Positions 15,799-23,616 are shown, numbered from the stretch's first letter. The stretch is 24,503 nucleotides of DNA from Candidatus Roizmanbacteria bacterium CG_4_10_14_0_8_um_filter_33_9 (GCA_002785065.1 PFLI01000065.1:1724-26226); one strand, 5' to 3'. A program made the numbers and translations. Notes: generated by a model from the sequence alone, not told the origin.

Positions 15799-16314
15799 TT
15801 AATATGTTTTCTCCCAAATTGAAAATACCGAATTAATTGGAACACGATATACTGTACCTGATTCGGTCCACTCTACTATAATCGAAACATTAACTTTATC
15901 AATGTATGCGTCAGTTTCAGAAACTGTTAGAGGAGTTAATGTGACATACCGACGATACATTATATTTAAAGTGAATGGACAACTGTTAAGGTCAATAGTG
16001 GAAGACGAAACCCACCCGGCAATAGGTGAGGTATTAAAACAAAATGTGTATGGTAATTGTGACGCTTTATATGTAAAAGAGGTTGTATCTGTATTGTTGC
16101 CTCCCCAATTTAATTCTTTTTCTGCACTTAACCATTCATACAGCTCATCAGCATAATGTTTTGCAAAAATTTTATGTTCATTGACTTTAGAAACTCGAAG
16201 AGAAGCTATCATAACTCTTACTGCTACAACAAAAAAGAGACTTAAAATGGTAATAAATATAAGAACCTCAATTAATGAAAAAGCTACATTTAATTTTAAT
16301 TTATAGCTGCACAT
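15799..16314 (-). CDS. Minor pilin, PilV/GspI-like (start revised to ATG 16314)
   Basis: Class III signal A|FSLIEVLI, then A..YADELYEWL and C-terminal V.IIVEW.E. TAATG overlap with the upstream gene; 2 Cys in the mature protein. Confidence 0.83.
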   Translation of the reverse strand: MCSYKLKLNVAFSLIEVLIFITILSLFFVVAVRVMIASLRVSKVNEHKIFAKHYADELYEWLSAEKELNWGGNNTDTTSFTYKASQLPYTFCFNTSPIAGWVSSSTIDLNSCPFTLNIMYRRYVTLTPLTVSETDAYIDKVNVSIIVEWTESGTVYRVPINSVFSIWEKTY

Positions 16315-16838
16315 TAAGGACAGGTACAATTAGTAACACAGTTGCTACAAGTTGAGCAAAACCCATCACTAATAATAGAGTTAGCAGATACTTTAATATA
16401 ATTGCATTTATCGAGAATCTCACTTTTAACTACAAAACATGTACAGGTAACTTTTCCATAATTCGGATTAAAATCTATTGAATTTGGATAAATATATATA
16501 TTATTAGATACAGCATACGTAATCGATTGAGGATCACTTTCTATACAGTGAGGAATAATTTGATACGATTTTCCTGCCACATCAACCTGAAAAGTAAAAT
16601 CTTGAACTTCAGGTACGCTTGATTCATTAAATGGTGTACATAAAGAACGATCTCCTGAGTTGGTTTTTGACTTGGTAAGTTCAAGAATTGTCATAACTTT
16701 TTTAGTTTCATTTTTCAATTGTTTTTCATTCGTAAAACGGTTAATAGTTGAAAGAGAAATAGTTGAGAATATAGCAATAATAACAATCACAACTATAAGC
16801 TCAATCAGCGTAAAACCTTTTAAAGATGAAGATTTCAT
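16314..16838 (-). CDS. Minor pilin, FimT/GspH-like, with a Cys-rich C-terminus
   Basis: G|FTLIELIVV signal and L......V...LELTKSKT helix; 10 Cys, ending CSTCSNCVTNCTCP. Confidence 0.83.
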   Translation of the reverse strand: MKSSSLKGFTLIELIVVIVIIAIFSTISLSTINRFTNEKQLKNETKKVMTILELTKSKTNSGDRSLCTPFNESSVPEVQDFTFQVDVAGKSYQIIPHCIESDPQSITYAVSNNIYIYPNSIDFNPNYGKVTCTCFVVKSEILDKCNYIKVSANSIISDGFCSTCSNCVTNCTCP

Positions 16839-16841
16839 ATA

Positions 16842-17279
16842 TTAAAGTTGACCATATGGCCCCATACAATAATTACAATACGCATCAGTACTATGACACG
16901 ATGGAATTGGAGAACAAACAGTGAAGCTTCCGCTTTCTAGGTGAACTCCAAAAGTATATGTATTACCATCTGAAAAGTAATAGTATAATTCACTTTGCTT
17001 AGGATCAGTAGGTATCTTGGACATATATGTGTTTCCTGATGCATCGACTAATGCTGCTCCAAATGGTAAACCCGGAGGAGAAACAGGGGATGTAGGGTAT
17101 AGGTCATTACTGCTCTTGTACATTTCCAAGGCGGAACGAATTAATTCAACATCGGCTTTTCTCCGAGCATCACGAGATTGCTTTAAAAACTGAGTATATG
17201 AAACAATACCGGCAACGGCAAGAAACCCAATAATGGTTGTTACAACTAATATTTCAACCAATGTAAAAGATTTTTGCAT
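16842..17279 (-). CDS. Type IV pilin, GspG-like (start revised to MQKS|FTLVE)
   Basis: S|FTLVEILVV signal, SRDARRKADVELIRSALEMY...LYP, YMSKIPTDP; 4 Cys. Confidence 0.88.
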   Translation of the reverse strand: MQKSFTLVEILVVTTIIGFLAVAGIVSYTQFLKQSRDARRKADVELIRSALEMYKSSNDLYPTSPVSPPGLPFGAALVDASGNTYMSKIPTDPKQSELYYYFSDGNTYTFGVHLESGSFTVCSPIPSCHSTDAYCNYCMGPYGQL

Positions 17280-17280
17280 A

Positions 17281-17700
17281 TTATTGTTGATTGGAAACAC
17301 AAAATGTACTTACGCTTTCTTCGGATTCAAAAACTCGCGCCGCTTCACGAGTCGGAATACATAATGAATATGATACCCCATCGTCTGGAGCAGTATATAC
17401 ATATGGATCATCTGTTTTTGGATCTTTTGGAGCTAAAGTCATAATAACTGTAGAAGGGTCTTCACAATAAACAGAACCGATATCAGGTGTGTTAATAGGC
17501 GTAGGATATTTGTAACCACAAACTGAATAATATTGCTCAACTGCTTTTTGGATCGTATTTATATCTGTCTTTCGCTTTGTATCTCTTGCTTTTTTTTGAG
17601 CAGTTGAAAATGAAGAGGTAATAATTGTCATAATCACGCCAATTATTCCTAAGACAACAAGCATTTCGAGTAAAGTAAAGCCAAATTGTTTATTTTTCAT
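17281..17700 (-). CDS. Type IV pilin, GspG-like
   Basis: G|FTLLEMLVV signal, ARDTKRKTDINTIQKAVEQYY, PKDPKT...Y.Y; 4 Cys. Confidence 0.88.
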   Translation of the reverse strand: MKNKQFGFTLLEMLVVLGIIGVIMTIITSSFSTAQKKARDTKRKTDINTIQKAVEQYYSVCGYKYPTPINTPDIGSVYCEDPSTVIMTLAPKDPKTDDPYVYTAPDDGVSYSLCIPTREAARVFESEESVSTFCVSNQQ

Positions 17701-17707
17701 ATATGTA

Positions 17708-18169
17708 TTAAGGTTGGAGAACTTTATAACATTTGTTTGACGAACATGTATATCCTGTCACCGTATTAAAATCACCTGGACATGATTCAACGTCTATATC
17801 CCCAACATTATCTAAACATGCATACATAGTATATGTACTATCATCATCGTTTGTTGAATAATAATATTTTCTTGCTGATGCAGCTGGACAGTTAGAGCTT
17901 GGATCTTTAGGAACTTTATTCATATAAACAATCGTGCCTGAAGACCAAGTATTGCATGGAAGTGCAGGAATAATAGATGGATATAATTGAGGAGTCTGAT
18001 TCTGTTTATATAATTCAAGAGCATTTTGTAACTGTCTTAAGTCTGACTTCCTCTGAACATCTCTTGTTCGCTGCCGCGATTCAATATAGTTGGGTAAAAG
18101 AAGTGTTGTTAATATGGCAATTATTGCAATTACAACCAATATCTCAACCAACGAGAATGCTTTTTTCAT
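17708..18169 (-). CDS. Type IV pilin, GspG-like
   Basis: A|FSLVEILVV signal, RDVQRKSDLRQLQNALELY...YP, YMNKVPKDP; 6 Cys. Confidence 0.88.
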   Translation of the reverse strand: MKKAFSLVEILVVIAIIAILTTLLLPNYIESRQRTRDVQRKSDLRQLQNALELYKQNQTPQLYPSIIPALPCNTWSSGTIVYMNKVPKDPSSNCPAASARKYYYSTNDDDSTYTMYACLDNVGDIDVESCPGDFNTVTGYTCSSNKCYKVLQP

Positions 18170-18172
18170 AAT

Positions 18173-18901
18173 CTATATATTTATAGTAACCTTCTTCTCA
18201 ATAAAAAGCAAGAGATTGTCCAATGCAAGTGCAACATTGAGATTATTGTTTTCTATTTTATGTTTAATAAAAAAAAGATATTTTAAAATTTCGGGGTAAA
18301 TGTCATCCTGGGGAATCCCGCTCTGTGGGATGACTCCAGGATCCGTAGATTCTGGACAATCAGAAGTGGTGCCAGAATGACGTAACTTGTTTGCAAAATA
18401 ATAAATAAATTCATTAATATATTTCAATACATCTTCTTTTTTAATGTTCGCTAATTGATCGTGACATAATGGATTCCTCTTTTTATTTTCAATAAGAAAG
18501 TCCAAAAGAGGGGGTATTTCATTTACATGATTTGCAACTGTATTAGTGATTTTAACGGAAACTACTTTCGCTCTGGAACGAATTGTCGGAAGCAAAGAAT
18601 ACAGATTAGAAGTTATAAGAACAATATGATTTAAGTCTTTTTTTTCTTCCAAAACTTTAAGTAGCATATTTTGAACTTCCCAAGAAGTACTCTCAAACCT
18701 ATAAAAAATAAATAACCGATCACTTGGAAAACGTATCGTAAATAATTTCAGAATGCTTTTTACTTCTTCTATGGTTAGCTCAGTTTTTTCAGGTATAAAT
18801 CTGTAAATATGGGTTGAATTAATAAGGTGTTTACGAATAAATGCATTAAGATAGTTTTCAGTGTCTTCTTTAGTTTGAGAACAAAGAATAATAGGAAGCA
18901 T
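18173..18901 (-). CDS. holB: DNA polymerase III delta-prime-like (HolB-like) clamp-loader subunit, short form, with a 27-aa repeat-derived insertion
   Basis: LTIEEVK, QNMLLKVLEE (cf. NALLKTLEEP), IVLITSN...LLPTIRSR (SRC-like Arg finger), and C-terminal NNLNVALALDNLL. No P-loop is visible. Confidence 0.75.
   Translation of the reverse strand: MLPIILCSQTKEDTENYLNAFIRKHLINSTHIYRFIPEKTELTIEEVKSILKLFTIRFPSDRLFIFYRFESTSWEVQNMLLKVLEEKKDLNHIVLITSNLYSLLPTIRSRAKVVSVKITNTVANHVNEIPPLLDFLIENKKRNPLCHDQLANIKKEDVLKYINEFIYYFANKLRHSGTTSDCPESTDPGVIPQSGIPQDDIYPEILKYLFFIKHKIENNNLNVALALDNLLLFIEKKVTINI
18302..18381. repeat. YGTC-tagged REP-like double-hairpin element inserted in-frame in the holB-like gene (copy 4)
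   Basis: GTC-ATCCTGG-gga-ATCCCG-ctctg-TGGGAT-gact-CCAGGAT-Ccgta-G-ATTCTGG-acaatcagaagtggtg-CCAGAAT-GAC. Bases 18302-18382 are exactly 27 codons on the minus strand (RHSGTTSDCPESTDPGVIPQSGIPQDD). Confidence 0.9.
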
Positions 18902-18907
18902 ATGTTA

Positions 18908-18936
18908 TTGCATTCTAACAAAAATATATCTATATT
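18908..18936 (+). promoter_or_regulatory. Sigma70-type promoter for pilB-pilT-pilC, leaderless geometry
   Basis: TTGCAT-N17-TATATT-N6-ATG(18943). Confidence 0.6.
18912..18920 (-). promoter_or_regulatory. Extended -10 promoter for the holB-pilin operon
   Basis: Minus strand reads TGtTAGAAT-N10-ATG(18901). Confidence 0.55.
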
Positions 18937-18942
18937 TAAAGA

Positions 18943-20652
18943 ATGAATATTCCACCAAAACAATTCATCGAAACTCTGGTACAAAAGCAGCTTATTACTC
19001 AAGAAGAAGGTGATAAATACGAAATGGAGTCATTGAACAAAAATCTCCCTATTTATGATTATCTGCTCGTATATGGAAAGCTTAAAAAAAGCGATATACT
19101 CAAATCTCAAGCTGAATTACTTCATGTCCCATTTGTCGATATTAATACTATTGCTGTTAGCCCTGAAGCATTAGCTTTTATTTCTGAATCCATTGCACGA
19201 AAATATATTATATTACCTTACTCATATGATTCAAAAACCGATTCAATTTATGTAGCAACTGCTCATCCGCTTGATTTTTCGTTAAATGATTTTTTAGAAA
19301 AAAAAACAAATAAAAGAATTATTTTATCGCTTGGAAATAAAGAAGATATTATTAAATCTATTAATATGGTTTATATCCATGGACTATCTCCAGAGGTTAA
19401 AGAAGCTCTTGCGGAGGTATCGGGATATAATACAGATAATACAAGCGAACAAATTACCACTATCGTAAAAGAGGCTCCTATAGCAAAAATAGTAAACACT
19501 ATCCTTGAATTTGCCATGAAAGGACGTGCTTCAGATATTCATATCGAACCTCAAGAAGATAAAACAAGAATTCGTTATCGAATCGACGGAGTTTTACAGG
19601 AAAAACTAACCTTACCAAGAAGTATTCATGATTCCCTTGCATCAAGAATAAAAATTCTTTCCCAAATGAAAATTGACGAACGAAGAATCCCGCAAGATGG
19701 TCGCTTTAGTTTTAAAGTTGGAAATGAAGAAGTTGACCTTCGCGTATCATCTCTTCCAACAGTACACGGTGAAAAAATAGTTATGAGAATTCTTAAAAAA
19801 ACAGGTGGTCTTCCTATGCTTCATGAACTTGGACTTCGTGGAACACAATATAAAGACTTAGAAGAAGCAATCCTCAAACCATATGGCATTATTCTTGTTA
19901 CCGGACCCACTGGTTCAGGAAAAACTACCACACTGTATTCTATTTTAACAAAATTAAATAAACCATCGGTTAATATCGTTACCCTCGAAGATCCGGTTGA
20001 ATATGAAATTGTGGGTATTAATCAAGTACAAATTAATCCCCAGGCAGGTTTAACATTTGGAGCAGGTCTCCGTTCATTTCTTCGACAAGACCCAAATATT
20101 ATTCTTGTTGGAGAAATCCGGGATAAAGAAACTGCTCAACTTGCAATCCAAGCCGCTCTTACTGGACATCTTGTTTTTTCAACCCTCCACACCAACGATG
20201 CCGCTACTGCGATACCACGGCTTATTGATCTGGGAGCAGAACCCTTTTTAATTTCATCTGTCTTAAATGCATCAGTTGCTCAACGTATTTCACGTACTGT
20301 CTGCCCACATTGTAAAGAACAATATGAACCTGTCGAAACAATTAAAGAAAATATTAAATCTATACTTGGACCACTTCTTCCTGCTAAATATCAAACATCA
20401 CCAATTATGTTATCTCGAGGAAAAGGTTGTGTGGAATGTAATTTTTCAGGATATTTAGGAAGAATCGCCATATTTGAAGTCTTAAAAATAACTCCAATAA
20501 TTAATAAAATGATTCTACAGCAGGCATCAGCGCGTGAAATTGAAGCACAAGCAAAGAAGGATAGTCTTATTATTATGAAACAAGACGGGTATTTAAAAGC
20601 TCTCGAAGGTATAACCTCTCTAGAAGAAGTTTTACGAGTTGCAGAAGTATGA
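18943..20652 (+). CDS. pilB: Type IV pilus assembly ATPase PilB/GspE family
   Basis: ASDIHIEP, RIRYRIDG, RIPQDGRF, GPTGSGKTTTL, TLEDPVEY, LRQDPNIILVGEIRD, TGHLVFSTLHTN, and Zn motif CPHC...CVEC. Confidence 0.97.
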   Translation: MNIPPKQFIETLVQKQLITQEEGDKYEMESLNKNLPIYDYLLVYGKLKKSDILKSQAELLHVPFVDINTIAVSPEALAFISESIARKYIILPYSYDSKTDSIYVATAHPLDFSLNDFLEKKTNKRIILSLGNKEDIIKSINMVYIHGLSPEVKEALAEVSGYNTDNTSEQITTIVKEAPIAKIVNTILEFAMKGRASDIHIEPQEDKTRIRYRIDGVLQEKLTLPRSIHDSLASRIKILSQMKIDERRIPQDGRFSFKVGNEEVDLRVSSLPTVHGEKIVMRILKKTGGLPMLHELGLRGTQYKDLEEAILKPYGIILVTGPTGSGKTTTLYSILTKLNKPSVNIVTLEDPVEYEIVGINQVQINPQAGLTFGAGLRSFLRQDPNIILVGEIRDKETAQLAIQAALTGHLVFSTLHTNDAATAIPRLIDLGAEPFLISSVLNASVAQRISRTVCPHCKEQYEPVETIKENIKSILGPLLPAKYQTSPIMLSRGKGCVECNFSGYLGRIAIFEVLKITPIINKMILQQASAREIEAQAKKDSLIIMKQDGYLKALEGITSLEEVLRVAEV

Positions 20653-21707
20653 GAAACACTATTCAACAATTAATGCAAGTGGCAATTGATAAAAATGCAT
20701 CAGATCTTCATATTGTTGCACCTTATTTTGCAACACTGCGAATTAAAAATAAACTTCTTTTTTTACGCAACTTTGGAATTATCCAACCTGAAACTTCTGA
20801 GGAAATGCTTTTATCATTACTTTCTCCTGAACAAAAAACATATTTTTTAGAAAATAAGGAAATTGATATCGGATATGACTTTGCAGGTACAAGATTTAGA
20901 ATAAATATTTATATAAATAGAAAATCTATTGGAGCAGCGTTTCGACTAATTCCCAATAGGATTAAAAATTTTGCAGAATTAAATCTTCCGAAAATTTTTC
21001 AAACATTTTCCAATTATAATCAAGGACTTATTCTTTTTACTGGTCCAACCGGGGAGGGAAAATCAAGTTCTCTTGCTGCAATTATTAATGATATTAACCT
21101 TCGTCATTCCAAACATATTATTACTATCGAAGATCCAGTTGAATACGTATATCCAATTGAAAAATCAATTATTTCTCAAAGAGAAATTCATCAAGATACA
21201 CTTTCATTTAATTCTGCACTTAAATCCGTTTTACGAGAAGATCCTGACATTGTACTTGTAGGGGAGATGAGGGATTATGAGACTGTTCAATCTACATTGC
21301 AAATAGCCGAAACTGGCCATCTTGTTTTTTCAACCCTTCATACGGGATCCACAAAAGATTCGATTGACCGAATAATTGACATGTTTCCATCTCACCAACA
21401 AAATCAAACAAGAAGCACACTTTCGCAAGAGCTTATTGCAATTATCGCTCAACGGCTACTTCCTTCATCAACCAATGACGATCTTGTCCCCGCAGTTGAA
21501 ATACTAATGAATACTTCATCAATTGCATCTGTTATTCGTGATGGTAAAACATTTATGATCGATACCATTCTTGAAACAGGCGAAGAAAAAGGTATGGTAC
21601 TTTTTGAACGATATCTATATAAATTATATCAAAACGGTCTTATTTCAAGAGAAACTGCCCATAGTCATGCAATCCGTCCTAATATTATTTCGAAATTAAT
21701 TAAATAG
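20649..21707 (+). CDS. pilT: Type IV pilus retraction ATPase PilT
   Basis: ASDLHI, RFRINIY, GPTGEGKS, TIEDPVE, LREDPDIVLVGEMRD, ETGHLVFSTLHT, and an AIRNLIRE-like SIASVIRD motif. Confidence 0.95.
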   Translation: MRNTIQQLMQVAIDKNASDLHIVAPYFATLRIKNKLLFLRNFGIIQPETSEEMLLSLLSPEQKTYFLENKEIDIGYDFAGTRFRINIYINRKSIGAAFRLIPNRIKNFAELNLPKIFQTFSNYNQGLILFTGPTGEGKSSSLAAIINDINLRHSKHIITIEDPVEYVYPIEKSIISQREIHQDTLSFNSALKSVLREDPDIVLVGEMRDYETVQSTLQIAETGHLVFSTLHTGSTKDSIDRIIDMFPSHQQNQTRSTLSQELIAIIAQRLLPSSTNDDLVPAVEILMNTSSIASVIRDGKTFMIDTILETGEEKGMVLFERYLYKLYQNGLISRETAHSHAIRPNIISKLIK

Positions 21708-21708
21708 T

Positions 21709-22905
21709 ATGTATTGGTTTAAAGCACTTAAAAATGGTGTCGTTATCAATCAAAAAATTGAATCAAACAGTGAACAAGATGTTGTTGATTATTTAAAACG
21801 AAACGATTACGTTCCAATAAAAGTCCAGGAAATTAAGCCGCTTCTTCCAGAACTAATGACAATGTTTGATCGTATCGGGTTCGGAGATATTGTTGATTTT
21901 ACAAGACAATTGGCAATTATGTTAAATGCAGGTCTAACTCTCATTGATAGTTTTTCCATTCTACAAAAACAAATAACAAAACCAAGTTTGTTATTAATGA
22001 TAAAAAATATTTATAAAGATGTTTTAGGGGGAAGCACCTTTTCAAAAGCTCTTCAAAAATACCCAACTCATTTTTCCAATCTTTATATTTCACTTGTAAA
22101 GTCAGGAGAAGCATCTGGTAAAATAAGTGAGATTTTGCTTCGACTGGCAGACAATTTGGAAAAGCAAAGGGAGTTTCAATCAAAAATTAAAGGCGCGTTA
22201 GTTTATCCGGTAATTGTTGTTATCGGTATGATAGGCGTTATGTTTGTCATGGTTACTTTTGTAGTTCCAAAACTGCTTAATCTTTATAAAGACTTTAATG
22301 TAACTCTTCCTATGTCAACTCAAATACTCATTTTTATATCTAATATTTCAACCAAATTCTGGCCTTTTATCTTTCTTGGAATTTTTGCAAGTTTTATTCT
22401 TATAAAAAGATATCTTAATACCAAAATAGGGAAACAGTCATTTGATGAATTTACTTTAAAACTTCCCGTTTTCGGAAAAATTGTATCTATTTCTGCTTTA
22501 GTTGATACTACTCGCACTTTATCAATACTTATTGGTTCGGGTGTTTCCATTCTAGAAAGCCTTAATATTATTATTGATACGAGTGGAAACATGGTGTATC
22601 AAAATGCGTTCACTCATATTTATAAACAGGTCGAGAAAGGATTTGCTTTAGGAACTGCTCTTGAAAACGAAAAACTATTTCCTCCTATATTAATACAAAT
22701 GACGACAGTAGGAGAGCAAACCGGTCATTTAGATGATACCTTATCCCGCATTTCCAAATATTTTGAAATGGAGTCTGAAATGGCTGTAAAGACAATGACA
22801 ACCCTAATCGAACCACTTATTCTTGTTTTTTTAGGCTTAGGAGTAGGCTTTCTTGTCCTTGCGGTAATAACACCTATTTATAATTTAACTTCATCGATAA
22901 AATGA
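21709..22905 (+). CDS. pilC: Type IV pilus platform protein PilC/GspF family
   Basis: FTRQLAIMLNAGL, GEASGKISEIL.RLA, GALVYP, GEQTGHLDDTL and LIEPL; three TM segments. Confidence 0.97.
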   Translation: MYWFKALKNGVVINQKIESNSEQDVVDYLKRNDYVPIKVQEIKPLLPELMTMFDRIGFGDIVDFTRQLAIMLNAGLTLIDSFSILQKQITKPSLLLMIKNIYKDVLGGSTFSKALQKYPTHFSNLYISLVKSGEASGKISEILLRLADNLEKQREFQSKIKGALVYPVIVVIGMIGVMFVMVTFVVPKLLNLYKDFNVTLPMSTQILIFISNISTKFWPFIFLGIFASFILIKRYLNTKIGKQSFDEFTLKLPVFGKIVSISALVDTTRTLSILIGSGVSILESLNIIIDTSGNMVYQNAFTHIYKQVEKGFALGTALENEKLFPPILIQMTTVGEQTGHLDDTLSRISKYFEMESEMAVKTMTTLIEPLILVFLGLGVGFLVLAVITPIYNLTSSIK

Positions 22906-22930
22906 TATTGTCTTATATATTAAGATAGTA

Positions 22931-22960
22931 TTGACAATTACATATAAGTTGTTCTATTAT
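22931..22960 (+). promoter_or_regulatory. Near-consensus sigma70 promoter for the pilin gene, leaderless geometry
   Basis: TTGACA-N18-TATTAT-N7-ATG(22968). Confidence 0.7.
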
Positions 22961-22967
22961 TAAATAT

Positions 22968-23552
22968 ATGAAAAAAAATCTATTGGGTTTTACCCTGATC
23001 GAACTATTAATAGTCATCGCTTTATTAGGTACTCTTGCAGTTGCACTTTTAGCAGCGCTTGATCCTCTTGAACAAATCAGAAAAGGTACTGATACAGGTA
23101 TTAGAAACACCGTTGCAGAAATCCATGGTGGTGCAATTCGTTATTCAGCTTTAAAGGGAGGAGTGCTTCCATTTAGAGACGAAAGTGATCCAACAAAATT
23201 ACATAGCGGTGAAATTGATTGGTTTGCTGGTAGTACGGATAAAGGTAGTGCATTTATTCAAGAAATTATAGATTCAGGGGAACTCAAAACCGATTTTATT
23301 AAACTTGCAGGAACTCAATTAAGCCGTATTTTTATCAATGGTAAAAATGGTGATCCAGCAACAGACTATAAAGTAACGGTATGTTATAAACCTGAGGCAA
23401 AATCATTTAGAATGGATAATAATACTAAGTTTTCAACAACTAATGCTGATGGAATAGGTGAAGTTGTTGAACAAACTACTGCGGGAGATGTTTGTCCAGC
23501 AACAGCAGGAACAACTCCAAATGGAATATATTGTTATTGGTGCGTAAGGTAA
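22968..23552 (+). CDS. Type IV pilin, probable major pilin
   Basis: G|FTLIELLIVIALLGTLAVALLAALDPLEQIRKG.DT; own promoter and terminator; 4 Cys. Confidence 0.85.
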   Translation: MKKNLLGFTLIELLIVIALLGTLAVALLAALDPLEQIRKGTDTGIRNTVAEIHGGAIRYSALKGGVLPFRDESDPTKLHSGEIDWFAGSTDKGSAFIQEIIDSGELKTDFIKLAGTQLSRIFINGKNGDPATDYKVTVCYKPEAKSFRMDNNTKFSTTNADGIGEVVEQTTAGDVCPATAGTTPNGIYCYWCVR

Positions 23553-23570
23553 CCTAAAATTTATTAAATC

Positions 23571-23600
23571 AAAAAAAGCCAGCTTTTGTTGGCTTTTTTT
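23571..23600. terminator. Intrinsic, potentially bidirectional terminator
   Basis: AAAAAAAGCCA-GC-TTTT-GT-TGGCTTTTTTT: perfect 11-bp inverted repeat with A- and T-tracts, 18 nt after the pilin stop. Confidence 0.88.
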
Positions 23601-23608
23601 GTTATCAT
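23600..23608 (+). promoter_or_regulatory. Possible extended -10 promoter for the glycosyltransferase gene
   Basis: TGtTATCAT-N8-ATG(23617), abutting the terminator T-tract. Confidence 0.4.
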
Positions 23609-23616
23609 TGTAATCT

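Noticed and set aside
15216-17300. Longer starts given for pilM (15242) and pilins (15817, 16329, 17300)
   Set aside because: Downstream ATGs give typical short basic leaders, tight gene junctions and, for pilM, a matching promoter.
853-18381. Possible CRISPR array or tRNA/ncRNA interpretation of the hairpin repeats
   Set aside because: Copies are dispersed and divergent, with no regular repeat-spacer periodicity, no cas genes and no cloverleaf or T-loop motifs.
21043-21075. PilT Walker A variant GPTGEGKSSS
   Set aside because: It retains GxxGxGKS and all other PilT motifs, so there is no evidence of inactivation.
897-22592. Many short antisense or alternate-frame ORFs in the track (e.g. 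897-1211, 1566-1784, 2682-3008, 2770-3087, 7122-7451, 10497-10871, 20391-20669, 22320-22592)
   Set aside because: They lie within or opposite well-supported genes and show no motifs; these are expected shadow ORFs.
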